Origin: Octopus vulgaris
Taxonomy: Eukaryota
Direction of reading: 5' to 3'
Length of the DNA stretch: 64,000 bases
Assembly (NCBI GenBank): GCA_951406725.2
Contig: OX597832.1
Coordinates: 23,374,001-23,438,000 of the forward strand
Positions 51,000 to 64,000 of this stretch are shown here, in pieces. Position 1 is the first letter of the stretch, and each line of letters starts with the position of its first letter. The notes under the pieces are model-generated. The model ran no database searches. It was not told the origin of the DNA and saw only the letters and a list, made by a program, of their open reading frames with translations. The position numbers and the translations under genes were made by a program.

Positions 51000-51876
51000 C
51001 GCTTAAGATATGAGGGTCATAAATGGAACGCTTACGATTAGAGATTAATTTGTAATTAATCTCGATTGGCCTGGTGCAAAATAAAGACAAATAAACACCT
51101 ATAGTAATTCTGTAAAGAATTTTCGGATTATAATGTAACCAAAAGTTTTGGCAATTTTTTCCTTTCGTTTTTTGTTTTAGTCGCCATTTTCGGCTGTCTC
51201 ATAAAAAGTAAATACAACAGTAACATTAATGCCTTCCAAACTTTCGTAATCCAGAAATTAAATTATAAACGCTCACACTTTTAGCTTCAAAAGATATTGT
51301 CAAAATTCTAATATATATAATTTTTTGATAATCAATTTCTGCAATCTATACACTGTAATTGATTTATGAAAGTACAACAAAATAATTACGTTCAAAATCC
51401 GATAGAAATACACTTGTCTCTGTGTAATATTTACGACTTCGTTGCAATTACTTCGTTGAGATTAGAAGCCAAAAAAAAAAATTAACCACGTAAACTGATT
51501 CAGCTAATATAATGATAAGCTTTTATAGAAGTTCTTATTTTTGTCATTGATAATGTTACAACGTGTTCCATTCTTGGTAAATTTTTGAGCTTTTTGGGTT
51601 AATATTTATTTATTTATATATTTATTTATATATTTTTGATTCGGAGAGAAAGAACGTTAGGAAATATATATTCTTCATACGTGATGTACTTTCTCAGTTG
51701 ATGATAATAATCTGTCTGTTTTGGGGACCTATGCAATTAGTCTGCGAAATAACGGTGCTAAAAATATCATTGAACTTCTATGGAATAATCCGCACGTATT
51801 AATTTCAGTTTCATAAATCATAAATATAAATTCCGAGACACACCTACCTAGACACAAATACATGTATTTACATATG

Positions 51877-51927
<51 letters not shown>

Positions 51928-52268
51928 GCATATATATATATATATATATATATGTATACATATATATAGGTATATGTACATATATATGTATATATACATA
52001 TGTATATATATGTGTGTGTAAATATATATATATATGTATGTGTGTGTACGTATGTATTTGTGAATATTAATGCTTGTTTTTATTCAGTAGTAAATTTAAT
52101 ATAACAAAAATTTTACATGAAAATGAACAAATAGTACACTTCATTAAAGTACATATTTATTGAACTTTCACGAGGACTGACAGTGACTTCGAAATTTCAG
52201 CTTATTGGTATGTTATTCTCTAATTTCTTTCTCTCTCACTCACTTTTATTTTATCTCTGTGTATATTT

Positions 52269-52344
<76 letters not shown>

Positions 52345-52814
52345 GTTTGTATGTGTGCGTCTATATGTGTATATATGTATAGGCCAGTGGGTATGATCGT
52401 TAAACCATCGAGTTGAACGTCTTTTGATATTCAGCATGGCTCTCTGCGTTCGATCCCACAGACGGCAACTTTACATCTCGTCCTCAGAGATCATTGAAAT
52501 AGTCTGAACTGACGTTGATTCTGCAGCTTCTCTCTTTCTTTCTTTCCCTCTGTTTGTCTCTCTCGCCTTTCTCTCTCTCTCTCTCTCACTTTGTTTCTAT
52601 GCCAGCTCTCTGTTCCATTATCCAGTTCTGTGTCGTATGTGTTGCCAATAATGCTTCTTCCACCTTGGCATGAAGCCAGCCAGCCAGCTAAGAGGCCTGG
52701 AGGAAGGTAAAATTATGCGTGTTGCTCTAGAAACAAAAAGCCTCGCGCGGTCCTGGAATCGAAACCGCAATTTTATGATCAAAATTCCTATTCTGTAATC
52801 ACAAAACTACGTGC

Positions 52815-52854
<40 letters not shown>

Positions 52855-53326
52855 ATACACACACACACTCACACACATTCAAACACAATATATATATACA
52901 TACATACATATATATGTGCGCGTCACTGTGTGTTCGTATGTATGTGTATGTCTGTCTGTCTGTATGTTTGTGTGAGTATTCAGTTTTCTTTCAAGATTTC
53001 TTGCTAATATAGCAAGAGCCGGTTTCTAACCTAGATCCAGGACTCCTTCATTGGAATTTCAACATCAACTGAGTATGTATGTATGTATGTATGGGTGGAT
53101 GGATGGATGGATGAATGGATGGATGGATGTATTTATGTATGTATGTATGGATGTATGTATGTATGTATGTATGGATGGATGGATGGATGGATGGATGGAT
53201 GGATGGATGGATGTATGTATGTATGTATGTATGTATGTATGGATGGATGGATGGATGGATGGATGGATGGATTTATGTATGTATGTATGTATGTATGTAT
53301 GGATGGATGGATGGATGGATGGATGG

Positions 53327-53359
<33 letters not shown>

Positions 53360-53579
53360 TGTATGTATGTATGTATGTATGTATGTATATCATACCCGTT
53401 TGGTAGAGCAAACTAATGGAAAAGTTTCTCAATAAATATAATTGATTTTCTCCGTTTGTTCAAATGTAAGTTGTTTATTTCAATGTCACATCAAGTTTTG
53501 TTTATTTTTTCGGTTTATTCTTTTTTGCAAAACAGTATGGCGAACGCGCAAAAATGAAAGAAAATTTGACAACTAGCAG

Positions 53580-54900
53580 ACTAATACTTTAATGTACGCT
53601 GTCTCCTGAGAATGTGCTCCTTCGTACGTCAGTAATTCTGAGGAATTGAGTGACAATATGGTTAGATGACGGAAGACACATGAATCGCAATTGTAAATGC
53701 GTGATAAACTTATTTCTCGGAGCGGCTGGTCTCTAGATTTTCCTCCATGCGAGCAACAGGGTTTGATTAATAAGAGACAATCTGTTGTACATTCCCTGAA
53801 TTAATGACCATTCTGATACCGACATTTTTCTTAACTTTGTAGGAAAGTGGAGAAAAAGCTAGAGAACAACTCTAGAGGTCTATTTCTTAATTTTATAAGA
53901 GTATGGGTATTTATAGAAAACTAGGGCAAAAAAGCAGGTAACAACTTCTCTACGGTTCTGTTTTCTATTTTGTTGGAAAGTTGCTATGCATCAAAATCTA
54001 GTTCACAATTACTCTTGAGACACATTTCGTTCTTTTAGAGACGTGTTGCTATTTAAACAAAAAGCTAGACCAGAAAACCGATGCACAGCCATTCTAGAGG
54101 CCTGTTTCATAATTGCAATGTTGTTATTCAATGGATACTAGGTCTGATAACAATAAATAAACATCTATCGTAGCAATTATCAGAGCATTTAACGGAATAA
54201 TTCAACCACCTCAAAGACAATGAATCTCTAATAGGATGCAGAATGATACAAATCTTTGGCGTGAGGACTGTCTGGTTGCTTAAAGAGATCCTAAAACTAA
54301 ACGGTTGTGATCATTTATTGAAAGCAGGGCGAAAAGTTACCATAGTGATTGGAAATTTAGACTCATATTAGTATTTGCGTGCAGGGGTCACTAACTGGAG
54401 TTAGTGTGCCGGCCTTGAAAATAATCCGCTGAAATATTTCGGTGCTCGCTAATGGATTCGCAAAATCTATGAAAGGAGACCTAGGCTGGTAGTTAACCCA
54501 TATCAGAGTTCAACAATCTCATTTGGCTTGTGGAATGGTTCAAATAATGTCATATCCAAACTAAAATCTGCATCTAGAAAATTCACCTTGTGGTAATTGT
54601 TTTCCATAGGAATAGGCAATGCAAAGTTTTTGAAGAATTTGGAAGGTTTCTATGATTCTGCTTTTCTAGTTTACTACATTGATCTAGTATCAAGAGAGCG
54701 CCGTCTCTTCAAAGATCTCCCTCTTAGGAAACCAGTATTCGATTTGAGGTAGGGTGTCTATTCCAACTAGATCCGTGACGTTTGCTGTGCCACTAGATCC
54801 CATTGTTCTATCAAAGGAATTTGTTTGATGTACTCCAAAATTTCCCATCGATATCTATCATAATTCCACGCGCGATTATATGATCTCTATCCCCGATCAG
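53580..54900 (-). mobile_element. Highly degenerate second Penelope-like element (Naiad/Chlamys-type RT motifs)
   Basis: Minus-strand translation relics NSFDRTMGSSGTANVTDLVGI (cf. FDVTMGSxDGAEVCELVG), DL*RDGAL (cf. GLYRDDGL), ENNYHKVNFLDADF and PFHKPN, with many stops and frameshifts. Confidence 0.65.
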
Positions 54901-54934
54901 ACGGTAGACATGCGAAAAGTATCATTTTAAATTT

Positions 54935-55140
54935 TGGTACAGGGCTAGGAATGTTTTAGGGTGGGGTGGGGAAATCAATTAAACGATCTCAGTACTTCAC
55001 TAGTACTTATTTTACCGACGCCGAAAAAGGGGAAGTCAAAGTCGACCTCACCGGAATTTGAACTCGAAACGAAAAGCCAGACTAAATGTCGCTAAGCATT
55101 TTGTCGGGTGTTCTAACGGTTTTACCAGCTCACCTCCTTA
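54935..55140 (-). mobile_element. Degenerate SINE family B copy
   Basis: caaagtcgacctcaccggaatttgaactc...gctaagcattttgtcggg...ccagctcacc. Confidence 0.7.
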
Positions 55141-55482
55141 TCGAGAGCGGAAAACAAAATACCGCAAAGCTATATGTGTACTAACCGACACTCCAGCGAC
55201 TGTAACAATTCGACAAATTATTAGTGAGATAACTAATTCAGAACCACGTTCTTAATGCATTTATTGACGTGATAACTATTGACACACATTTCACTGATTA
55301 CATTGACAAAAGAACTGGTAGTTTCTTTGATAAGAGAGGTAAGGTGTCGAAAACGATTGCAATTATGATATCAATAATGATATAAGGAATGTTTAAATCA
55401 ATATCGGCTGGGAAATTTTATAGTATCTACTAATATGATAATGAGTGTAATGTTTTAATATATTTGAGTATTTATATATATA

Positions 55483-55597
<115 letters not shown>

Positions 55598-55686
55598 ATA
55601 TATATATATGTATATATATATACTCAGGTGGTGCTATTAAGTTAGACATGGCCTGGTCCAATCTTTGGTCGAAACATATCTAAGTT

Positions 55687-55743
<57 letters not shown>

Positions 55744-55774
55744 GTATGTATGCATATATACATATATATGTATG

Positions 55775-55854
<80 letters not shown>

Positions 55855-55867
55855 ATATATACATATG

Positions 55868-55914
<47 letters not shown>

Positions 55915-56194
55915 CCAGAATCACACCGGACTCGAAGGAGGAGGGAAAATAGTAATTCAGTGAAGGAGAAGTAGCGAGAGTAATAGCCCTGACCGAGAGG
56001 GAGTGAGAGGAAGTAATTGCAATGAGAAAAAGGAAGGGGTGACAGCTGGATAAGGAAGGAAGGGGAGAAAAATATCAGCATTTCAACTCTGAGTATATGT
56101 GTGTATGTGTGTGCGTGGACAAGGGAAGTATATGAATGTTTGTATGCTTGATTATTATGTACCTTATAGTGCATCTTATTTATATATAAAATAT

Positions 56195-56590
56195 AACAAT
56201 ATTGACCAAGGTTACCGTGGTCTTTTTCGTAGGCTTTACTTCCCACGGATAAACCTTACTTGCTTTCCCCTTTACACCATACATCATAACACTGTGATAC
56301 ACGATCCCTATTGATCGTTTTTTGGGTTTTTTTTCCTCTTCCCCTTTTTTCTCCCCTTTTTTCTTCTTTTTTTTTCATTTCCCTTTTCTTTTGCTCCTCT
56401 TCCTTTTCTTCTTTTTTTATTTTTACTTTTTGTTCTTTTTTACCGTTTTACGATCCCTTTTGATCGAAAACCTACGCCACCTTTTTTTTGGTTTCTTTTG
56501 TTTTTTTGTTTTTTTCATCCCCCAAAAGAAAAGCTCTACCTTGTAACTTGTCCCATCTGTGTGCAGCCCTGTGTGGCCAATAAAGAAACT
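56195..56590 (+). mobile_element. Probable LINE 3' UTR (T-rich, L1/Tx1-like) whose terminus matches the SINE family B tail
   Basis: Pyrimidine-rich non-coding segment with two cgatccc..ttgatcg mini-hairpins, ending ttgtcccatctgtgtgcagccctgtgtggccaataaagaaa. Confidence 0.5.
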
Positions 56591-56940
56591 TATTTATATA
56601 TAAAATACCACAATTAGCCTTCATTATTGACGGAACGTGGTCAGCTAGTTTACTTTATAAACGACATTCCAACAGTATTGCCCATCCCCACATATTTCTA
56701 ATATTTTCATTTTGATTAGTATTTGTACTTTTTTATTTAAACGTTACTTTTTTGTTCAATCTTGCTTCCACGTGTATCATTATTAGTATATCGTGATCGC
56801 TCTCTATTACAGGTATTGCATCCATTTTCCGGTATCTTTCCGGTTCAAAAGCTCTTCCGGATTATTGATTTTTCTGAAGCAAGGATGGTCAAATTTGTTA
56901 ACACCCACTAAGTTAAATAAACATTAAATTAAGAGAAATA

Positions 56941-57270
56941 GAGGCGTAGGAGTGGTTGTGTGGTAAGCGTAGCCGTAGGAATGGCTGTGTGGTAAGTAGC
57001 TTGCTTACCAAAAACATGGTTCCGGGTTCAGTCCCACTGCGTGGCACCTTGGGCAAGTGTCTTCTACTATAGCCTCGGGCCGACCAAAGCCTTGTGAGTG
57101 GATTTGGTAGACGGAAACTGAAAGAAGCCTGTCGTATATATGTATATATATATGTGTGTGTGTGTTTGTATCTGTGTTTGTCCCCCTAGCATTGCTTGAC
57201 AACCAATGTTGGTGTATATATATATGTGTATGTATGTGTATATGTTTGTGTCTGTGTTTGCCCCCCGACA
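56941..57270 (+). mobile_element. SINE family A copy (duplicated head, truncated)
   Basis: The head occurs twice, then the body runs to ttgacaacc...tgttggtg. Confidence 0.82.
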
Positions 57271-57282
57271 TGTTTGCCCCCC

Positions 57283-57363
57283 GACAACGCCCGGTCTGGG
57301 AATCAAAACCGCGATCCTACGACCGCAAATCTGCTGCCCTAACCACTGGGCCATTGCGCTTCC
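57283..57363 (-). mobile_element. SINE family C tRNA-like head only
   Basis: acaacgcccggtctgggaatcaaaaccgcgatcctacgaccgc...aaccactgggccattgcgc. Confidence 0.75.
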
Positions 57364-57371
57364 ACACACAT

Positions 57372-57460
<89 letters not shown>

Positions 57461-58164
57461 GATGGATGGATGGATGGATGGATGGATTTGGGTGGGTTTT
57501 GGATGGGTGGAAATACCGGTGATTGAAGTGAAGGTTTACAAAACAATTTCGGATGTACGGTGACCGAACTGTAAATGTTCGCCTGTATTCCTTTGATTGT
57601 GCCACTCTCTTTTGCAACTGAACGATGATATGACAATGAGCTGCCATCTTGGTGATGATAATAACGCTTACATTTGTATAGATTCCGAGTATAAATTCGT
57701 TAATATATCATCGACAAGTTCGATAATGAATTTCCCAAGACGTTTCTCTTTCAAAACCCACACGTTGGAAATTGAATTCTAACACCTTTTGTTTCGCGAT
57801 GATCTGTTTGCAGCGTGTATGCGTCAGAACCCTTTGGCAATGATTAGTTTGTAGCTAGGGAGCAACTTTAAATTCCTTTTCTTAAACAGATGGATCAATT
57901 TGTGATCAATTTGTAATCAACTTATGCTATTAGTTGTTCATTAAAACCCAACCATTGCCAACCGACAATCCGTTTCTTATTTCATGTTGATCATCAGAAA
58001 AGGCTGCTTGGATGTGTTTCTAATTCTATTTGTAATACTTACATAAATACCCGCTTCTTTAGAATGTTATGATTTTATAGCATATTTCACGCTTTGATGG
58101 CGATATTCGACGAAACACGAAAATCAAAATGACCTCCTGAGTTCTTCGTATATATTACTTGCAC

Positions 58165-58277
58165 TTATTTTATCGGTTTTCGTTGCCGAAATGCAAAGTT
58201 ACGGGGACGTAGACTCACCAACATCGGCTATGAAGCGATGGGTGGGGGGCAAAAACAGACACACAAATATGTACGAC

Positions 58278-58336
<59 letters not shown>

Positions 58337-58495
58337 GTCTATCTATCTATCTATCTATATATATATATATATATATATATATAAGACGAGCTTCTTTCAG
58401 TTAACGTCTACCGTATCCACTCACGAGTCTTTGGTCGGCTCGAGGCTATAGTACAAGACAGTTGTCCAAGATGCCACGCAGTGAGGTTGAACACG
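58165..58495 (-). mobile_element. Degenerate SINE family A copy
   Basis: gttacggggacgtag...ttggtcggctcgaggctatagta...gatgccacgcagtg. Confidence 0.72.
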
Positions 58496-58504
58496 GAAGC
58501 AAAA

Positions 58505-58820
58505 TTAAAGATCCTCTTCGATCATGAATGACCATGGGGCTGCACCTACAAAATTTCACCCTCTGAGACACAAATCCGGGCAAGGTTGTTTGTGGAAGAC
58601 GTGCAGTCGCCCATGCATACCAGCCTCTCCTCTCCACGCCACCGATGTTGTCCAAGGAAAAGGCAAAGGGGGCCGATACAGATTGGCACCAGTGACGTTG
58701 CAGCCCATTTCTACATCTGAGGGAACTGGAGTAACGTGAAGTAAAGTGTCTTGTTCAGGAAGAAAGCGTACAGCCCGGTCCGGGAATCGAACTGACTCCT
58801 CGTGATTGTGAACCGGACTC
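58505..58820 (-). mobile_element. SINE family D copy (body and tail)
   Basis: Shares the core with 49662-49813 and the tail with 1-105. Confidence 0.72.
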
Positions 58821-58859
58821 ACACACACACACACACATATATATACATCTTTAAATCTA

Positions 58860-59310
58860 TTCTTTCACTTATTTTAGTCATTTGACTGCAGCCATGCTGG
58901 AGCACCGCCTTGAGTTAAGCAAATAGGCCCCAGGACTTATTCTCTGTAAGCCTAACACTTATCTATCGATCTCTTTTGCCAAACCGCTAAGTTACTGAGA
59001 AGCAAACAAAACCAGCGTAGGTTGTCAAGCGATGTTTTTTTTTGGGGGGGGGTCAAACACAGACAAAAACATATATGCATATATAAATATATACATATAT
59101 ATGTGTATATATATATATATATACATACATATATATATATATTAAATGGTCTTCTTTCAGTTTCCGTCAACCAAATACACTCACTGGCTTTGGTCAGCCC
59201 GAGGCTATAGTAGAAGACGAAGACATGCCCAAGGTGCCACGCAGCGGAACTGAACCCGAAACCATGTGTTTGGTAAGCTAGCTACTTACCACACAGCCAC
59301 TCCAGCGCCT
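58860..59310 (-). mobile_element. SINE family A copy
   Basis: Reverse-complement match from tail to head. Confidence 0.85.
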
Positions 59311-59937
59311 ATATTTATTCTATTAATGCTTAATCTAATTAAATCTTTATTTTGTTCTTTTTGTTGTGATATTGTCATTTAATGCAGCTCTTTGGTAAGT
59401 TGCCAAACGTTTCATCAAAGCATGCTAAATATTACATTTATATTGAAATATCACATGTTATTAGACTTCGATCTTCTCTGTTGAGTGATTCTTTTAGAAG
59501 TTACAACTGCGTGTGATTGATTTTGTCACCTTGGAACTATAACTTCAATAGAGCTTTCATCGATTAATAATCTTTGCTTTTACAGTTTACTGAGTTCGCC
59601 CTCAGTGCCGTAGATATTGGTTGCAACAGATCAGTTGGTTCGTGTGATGCAAGCCTTATTTAAATATGTAGAACTTTGCAGAGATATAAATCCCGATAAC
59701 AACAGTGGAGAACGTAATAAATTAGCTACAGTCTTCCTCTTTATTAAGTGAATATTATCTGTTTAGCGTATCTGGTATAAACTAATAATAAAAATAACCT
59801 GGTTTCTATTGGCAAAGGAAAACATTTACAATGTTCAAAACAGTGGCGCTTTTCTTTCTCTCACTCTACTTCTCGCTCACTCTTCCACACACAATCACTC
59901 CCTCCGCCTCTCTCTCGGAAACTCAAAGCCTGTAATA

Positions 59938-59993
<56 letters not shown>

Positions 59994-60045
59994 TTATAAC
60001 AATAAGGGTCTTTGCAACAAGTTTCAAAGACCCTTATTGTTATAA
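59994..60045. repeat. Perfect 21-bp inverted repeat with 10-nt spacer
   Basis: ttataacaataagggtctttg caacaagttt caaagacccttattgttataa. Confidence 0.92.
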
Positions 60046-60151
60046 TTATATAAACTGTTACCGAATATGGTCCTTTTCCATACCGAAGTGCTACTAGGTG
60101 AAATTTGTTGAGTTTATTAAATTAATTATATTTCACCCTTTATCTGTAATG

Positions 60152-60196
<45 letters not shown>

Positions 60197-60319
60197 CACA
60201 ATTTATTCCAGATCAGGGGCGTTCGTAACCCGAGGTACTACTGTATTAAATGAATATGGGACAGACAGGAAATAGAGTACGATTTATTGGTAATCGGAGT
60301 TGATCGAAAGCCACGGTAT

Positions 60320-60720
60320 ACTCTTTTACTTGTTTCAGTCATTTGACTGCGGCCATGCTGGAGCACCGCCTTTAGTCGAGCAAATCGACCCCGGGACTTA
60401 TTCTTTGTAAGCCCAGTACTTATTCTATCGGTCTCTTTCGCCGAACCGCTAAGTGACGGGGACGCAAACACACCAGCATCGGTTGTCAAGCAATGCTAGG
60501 GGGACAAACACAGACACACAAACATACACACACACTTATATATATATACATATATACGACAGGCTTCTTTCAGTTTCCGTCTACCAAATCCACTCACAAG
60601 GCATTGGTCGGCCCGGGGCTATAGCAGAAGACACTTGCCCAAGATGCCACGCAATGGGACTGAACCCGGAACCATGTGGTTGATTAGCAAGCTACTTACC
60701 ACACAGCCACTCCTGCGCCT
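60320..60720 (-). mobile_element. SINE family A copy, full length and near consensus
   Basis: Reverse-complement match from tail to head (...ccacacagccactcctgcgcct). Confidence 0.9.
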
Positions 60721-60982
60721 GTATATGTGTCTTAAAGAACCCTTTAAGATGGTGCTCCAGCATGGCCGCAGTCAAATGACTGCAAAATAATACATGTATA
60801 TATCTTAATGATATTTATTCTCCGATATGAAGAGACAATTTTTAAATATAAACAAATGACTGGAAAAATGATGAGCTAACCTCAGGCAGAATCGAACTCA
60901 CAAATCGACACTTTCATGGCTCCTTACGAATCTGATCACACCCGGTGAAATTTAGTTGATATATACTTAAACTGTCTTGATG

Positions 60983-61125
60983 CTACATAAATAATATTTT
61001 TATAAACAAACCCGAAAGGCTTTACGAGTTATGAAGCGAAAGCTACTATGGAAGGATCATAGTAGCTTTCTCTCCGTAAATCGCAAAGTCTTTCGGGTTT
61101 GTTTATAAAAATATTATTTGTGTAG
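60983..61125. repeat. Imperfect 143-bp palindrome
   Basis: aaataatatttttataaacaaacccgaaag...gaaagctactatg gaaggat catagtagctttc...ctttcgggtttgtttataaaaatattattt. Confidence 0.92.
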
Positions 61126-61133
61126 TATAGTGT

Positions 61134-61204
<71 letters not shown>

Positions 61205-61417
61205 TGAGTTTGTATGTGTGTATGTAGGCGCGTATTTCTATTTTCTTCTCCAACATGACCACCAGTATATATTTCTCTGTAACTTAGAGATTCGGCAAAA
61301 GAGAGAGAGAGCGGAGTTTCAAAAAGAATTCGGATATAATTTAATTGACTATCCAGTAACTTCATCAAGCAGTTGTTTGCACGATTGTTCTAAACATCTG
61401 CATGGAAAATGTTCATA

Positions 61418-61545
61418 GAGTGGCTGTGTGGTAAGTAGCTTGCTTACCATCCACATGGTTTCTGGTTCAGTCCCAAGTGTCTTCTCGGGCCGACCAAAGC
61501 ATTTTGAGTGGATTTGGTGAACGGAAACTGAAAAAAATCCTGTCG

Positions 61546-61607
<62 letters not shown>

Positions 61608-61790
61608 TTTGTCACACACACACCCAACATCGCTTGACAACCGATGCTGGTGTGTTTACGTCCCCGTAACTTAGCGGTTCGGCAAAAGAAAGCGATAGGA
61701 TAAGTACTAGGCTTACAAAGAATAAGTCCTGGGGGCGATTTGCTCGACTAAAGGCGGTGCTCCGGAACAAGTAAAAGAGTAAAAGAGTAA
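61418..61790 (+). mobile_element. SINE family A copy with internal deletions
   Basis: Family A head, body and tail blocks. Confidence 0.82.
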
Positions 61791-62502
61791 AAAGACGATG
61801 AAACAACCGAGGAATGCTGTACTTTCTGGGAGAATACATATAACAGAATATAGACCACAGTGAATCCTACCCGAAGATTGGTAAGCATTGTTGTTGCTTC
61901 TGTTGTTTTTATTGTTGTTGTTGTTGTTGTTATTGTTGTATAGCCTCCGATCAACTCTTTTTAAGTCAAGAGATCAAAGGAGTTACAGACATGAAAATCG
62001 CATATTTCGTCAAAATGTTTCTCGTTTTATAAGAAAACATGACAAAATTTCAGACGAAGTTGTCTACTATATCTAGCAAATTGAACATCCACGCACAGAC
62101 TCCATTCTTTACTCAGTGCATTAAACCAGTTGCCGTTTAGTACAAATCAATAAATTATAGGAATTGGACGCATTTCTTGAAGTTCTTCTCAACCAGGAAT
62201 ATAACCAATATCTATCTTCGAAGATTTCCATTAACTTTCCCTTTGTAAGAAGATTAGAACTATTTCATGACATTCTACCGTAGAGTCTGGATATTTTATC
62301 ATTCCATACATATTTCAAAATGAAATAGGATAAGAATGGTGATGCTGGAGATGGGTATATCTATAAAATCAATACATGGGAATATTTGAATGGTTAAGAA
62401 GCCCTGTATGGTTAAGAAACTAGGTGCGAGGATGGCTCAGTGGTTAAGTGTTTTCTAAGCATCTATGAGGATTCAGGTTCATATATATTTATACATATAT
62501 AT

Positions 62503-62772
62503 CACCGTGAGCACTGTGACCTGCCATTCTATCAGATGTTGGTACACATCGCTGGTCACAATGCGCTTAGCATTGTTTTAGCCTTCAAATAACGCCACCC
62601 CGCTGGCTAAGCGAGCAGGCCAATAGTAGAAAGAGTGAGAGAAAGTTGTGGCGAAAGAGTACAGCAGGGGTTTCCACCATCCCCTGCCGGAGCCTCGAGG
62701 AGCTTTAGGTGTTTTAAGCACTCACAACGACCGCGAATCCGCTGCCCTAACCACTGGGCCATTGCGCCTCCA
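62503..62772 (-). mobile_element. SINE family C variant copy
   Basis: Reverse complement of 10598-10896. Confidence 0.85.
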
Positions 62773-62911
62773 TATATATATATATATATATACATATATA
62801 CATACATATATATATATACACATATACATATATATATATATATATATATTGATAGAAATGGTAAGAAAACAAAAGAATGAAAGAGACGTCGATATTATGT
62901 AAATAGAGGAA

Positions 62912-63143
62912 TTTATCTTTAAATATAATATGTGGCAATTATCGGGTAGCCATGATAAAACTCCGAGTTTCGGATGTTGGGGCGGAAACCCACGCCACCA
63001 TCACTTTTCGTAGCATGTTCATAGCATTTTTTCGATGGCCCGATAACTGAAAAGATGACAGCGTGGCATTACTCCCCGACAACCGAAACTCGGAGTTTTA
63101 TAATGGCTACCGAATAATTATCATATATTATATTTAGATAGAT
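62912..63143. repeat. Imperfect inverted repeat with about 95-bp arms
   Basis: taaatataatatg...ggtagccatgataaaactccgagtttcgg...ccacgc...cttttc is mirrored by gaaaag...gcgtgg...ccgaaactcggagttttataatggctacc...catatattatattta. Confidence 0.88.
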
Positions 63144-64000
63144 ATATATGATATATATCCCTGATATATATCATATACCGTTTCTCTATTTGTAGTTCTT
63201 AAATACTCCTCGGTTATTTCTAAACCAAAATAGTATGTTATTCCACACGTATATACCTGGTTGACTTGTTAGTGTTTTTTTTTCATATTCGGTTTCTTTA
63301 CACACGAGGTTTACAATAATATATATTTATGTTTTCTTGTGCACACGTTTCAGTATTGTAAGAGCAATTTCCATTTATATTACTATATGTGGAACAATTA
63401 TAATTCTGACTCTTTCTAACAATAGATATATGATATAAAAGAGATAGTGTCAAAATGTCATTATTCCCAGGTTTGTGGAATTCCCATAAACTTTAACTTC
63501 TAGTACGTCTCTCAAGAAGCAAATTAGCACCAAATTCTAAGAGATTTTCTGTTGTGTAAAGGCATTGCTACTAGAAATAGAATTTCGTTGCTCTATCGAA
63601 ACACAAAAATCAGATATCATTTACGACGAAATAATATCGCGAATATAACATTATTTATATGAGATATCTCATAAAACTTGAGATATGAAACCCACAATAT
63701 AATGAGGGTTTTGAAGGAAATTAAATTTTCTCATATTATTTATACGATGCAGTTTCGTACAATAGCATTGTTTGTTATGACAGGGTTGGTTCGTTCGTTC
63801 GTTCGGAAGATCCAGGTCTTTACAAATCAGTTTTGATTCTCCTGTGAACGGATCTTGCATAGATTCTATAAGCCATCCAGCTAACATGTCAAATGGGATT
63901 CAATTCATTCAACGCTGCAACACATCTTTTTTTTTTTACTTCTTCTTCATATTATTATTATTATTATTTTCTGAATTAGATTATTCTGATACCAAAGAAG

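Overview
Eukaryotic, AT-rich DNA saturated with microsatellites and SINEs. The repeat families look like those of an Octopus (coleoid cephalopod) genome; this is inferred, not database-checked. One host gene is visible: five + strand coding exons (8303-8424, 15484-15607, 16840-17042, 27759-27861, 30057-30491) splice in frame into 328 aa of a class A peptide-type GPCR (ECL1 to C-terminus, with ERY, CWAP and NPVVY motifs). Its TM1-TM2 exon(s) were not found and presumably lie upstream of the window. The rest is intronic or intergenic: at least four tRNA-derived SINE families, R4/Dong, RTE and CR1/L2 LINE fragments, a DD37D (maT) transposase relic, MITEs and two Penelope-like elements (PLEs). The most notable hidden layer is a set of minimal type-I hammerhead-ribozyme motifs at 1598, 7817, 10107, 21319, 24454 and 41851. 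They sit in a PLE 3' end and in short non-coding elements, most next to (TA)n tracts and most within introns of the GPCR. Several long fold-back palindromes and two SINE/LINE shared-tail pairs are also present. Almost all ORFs in the supplied track are microsatellite artefacts.
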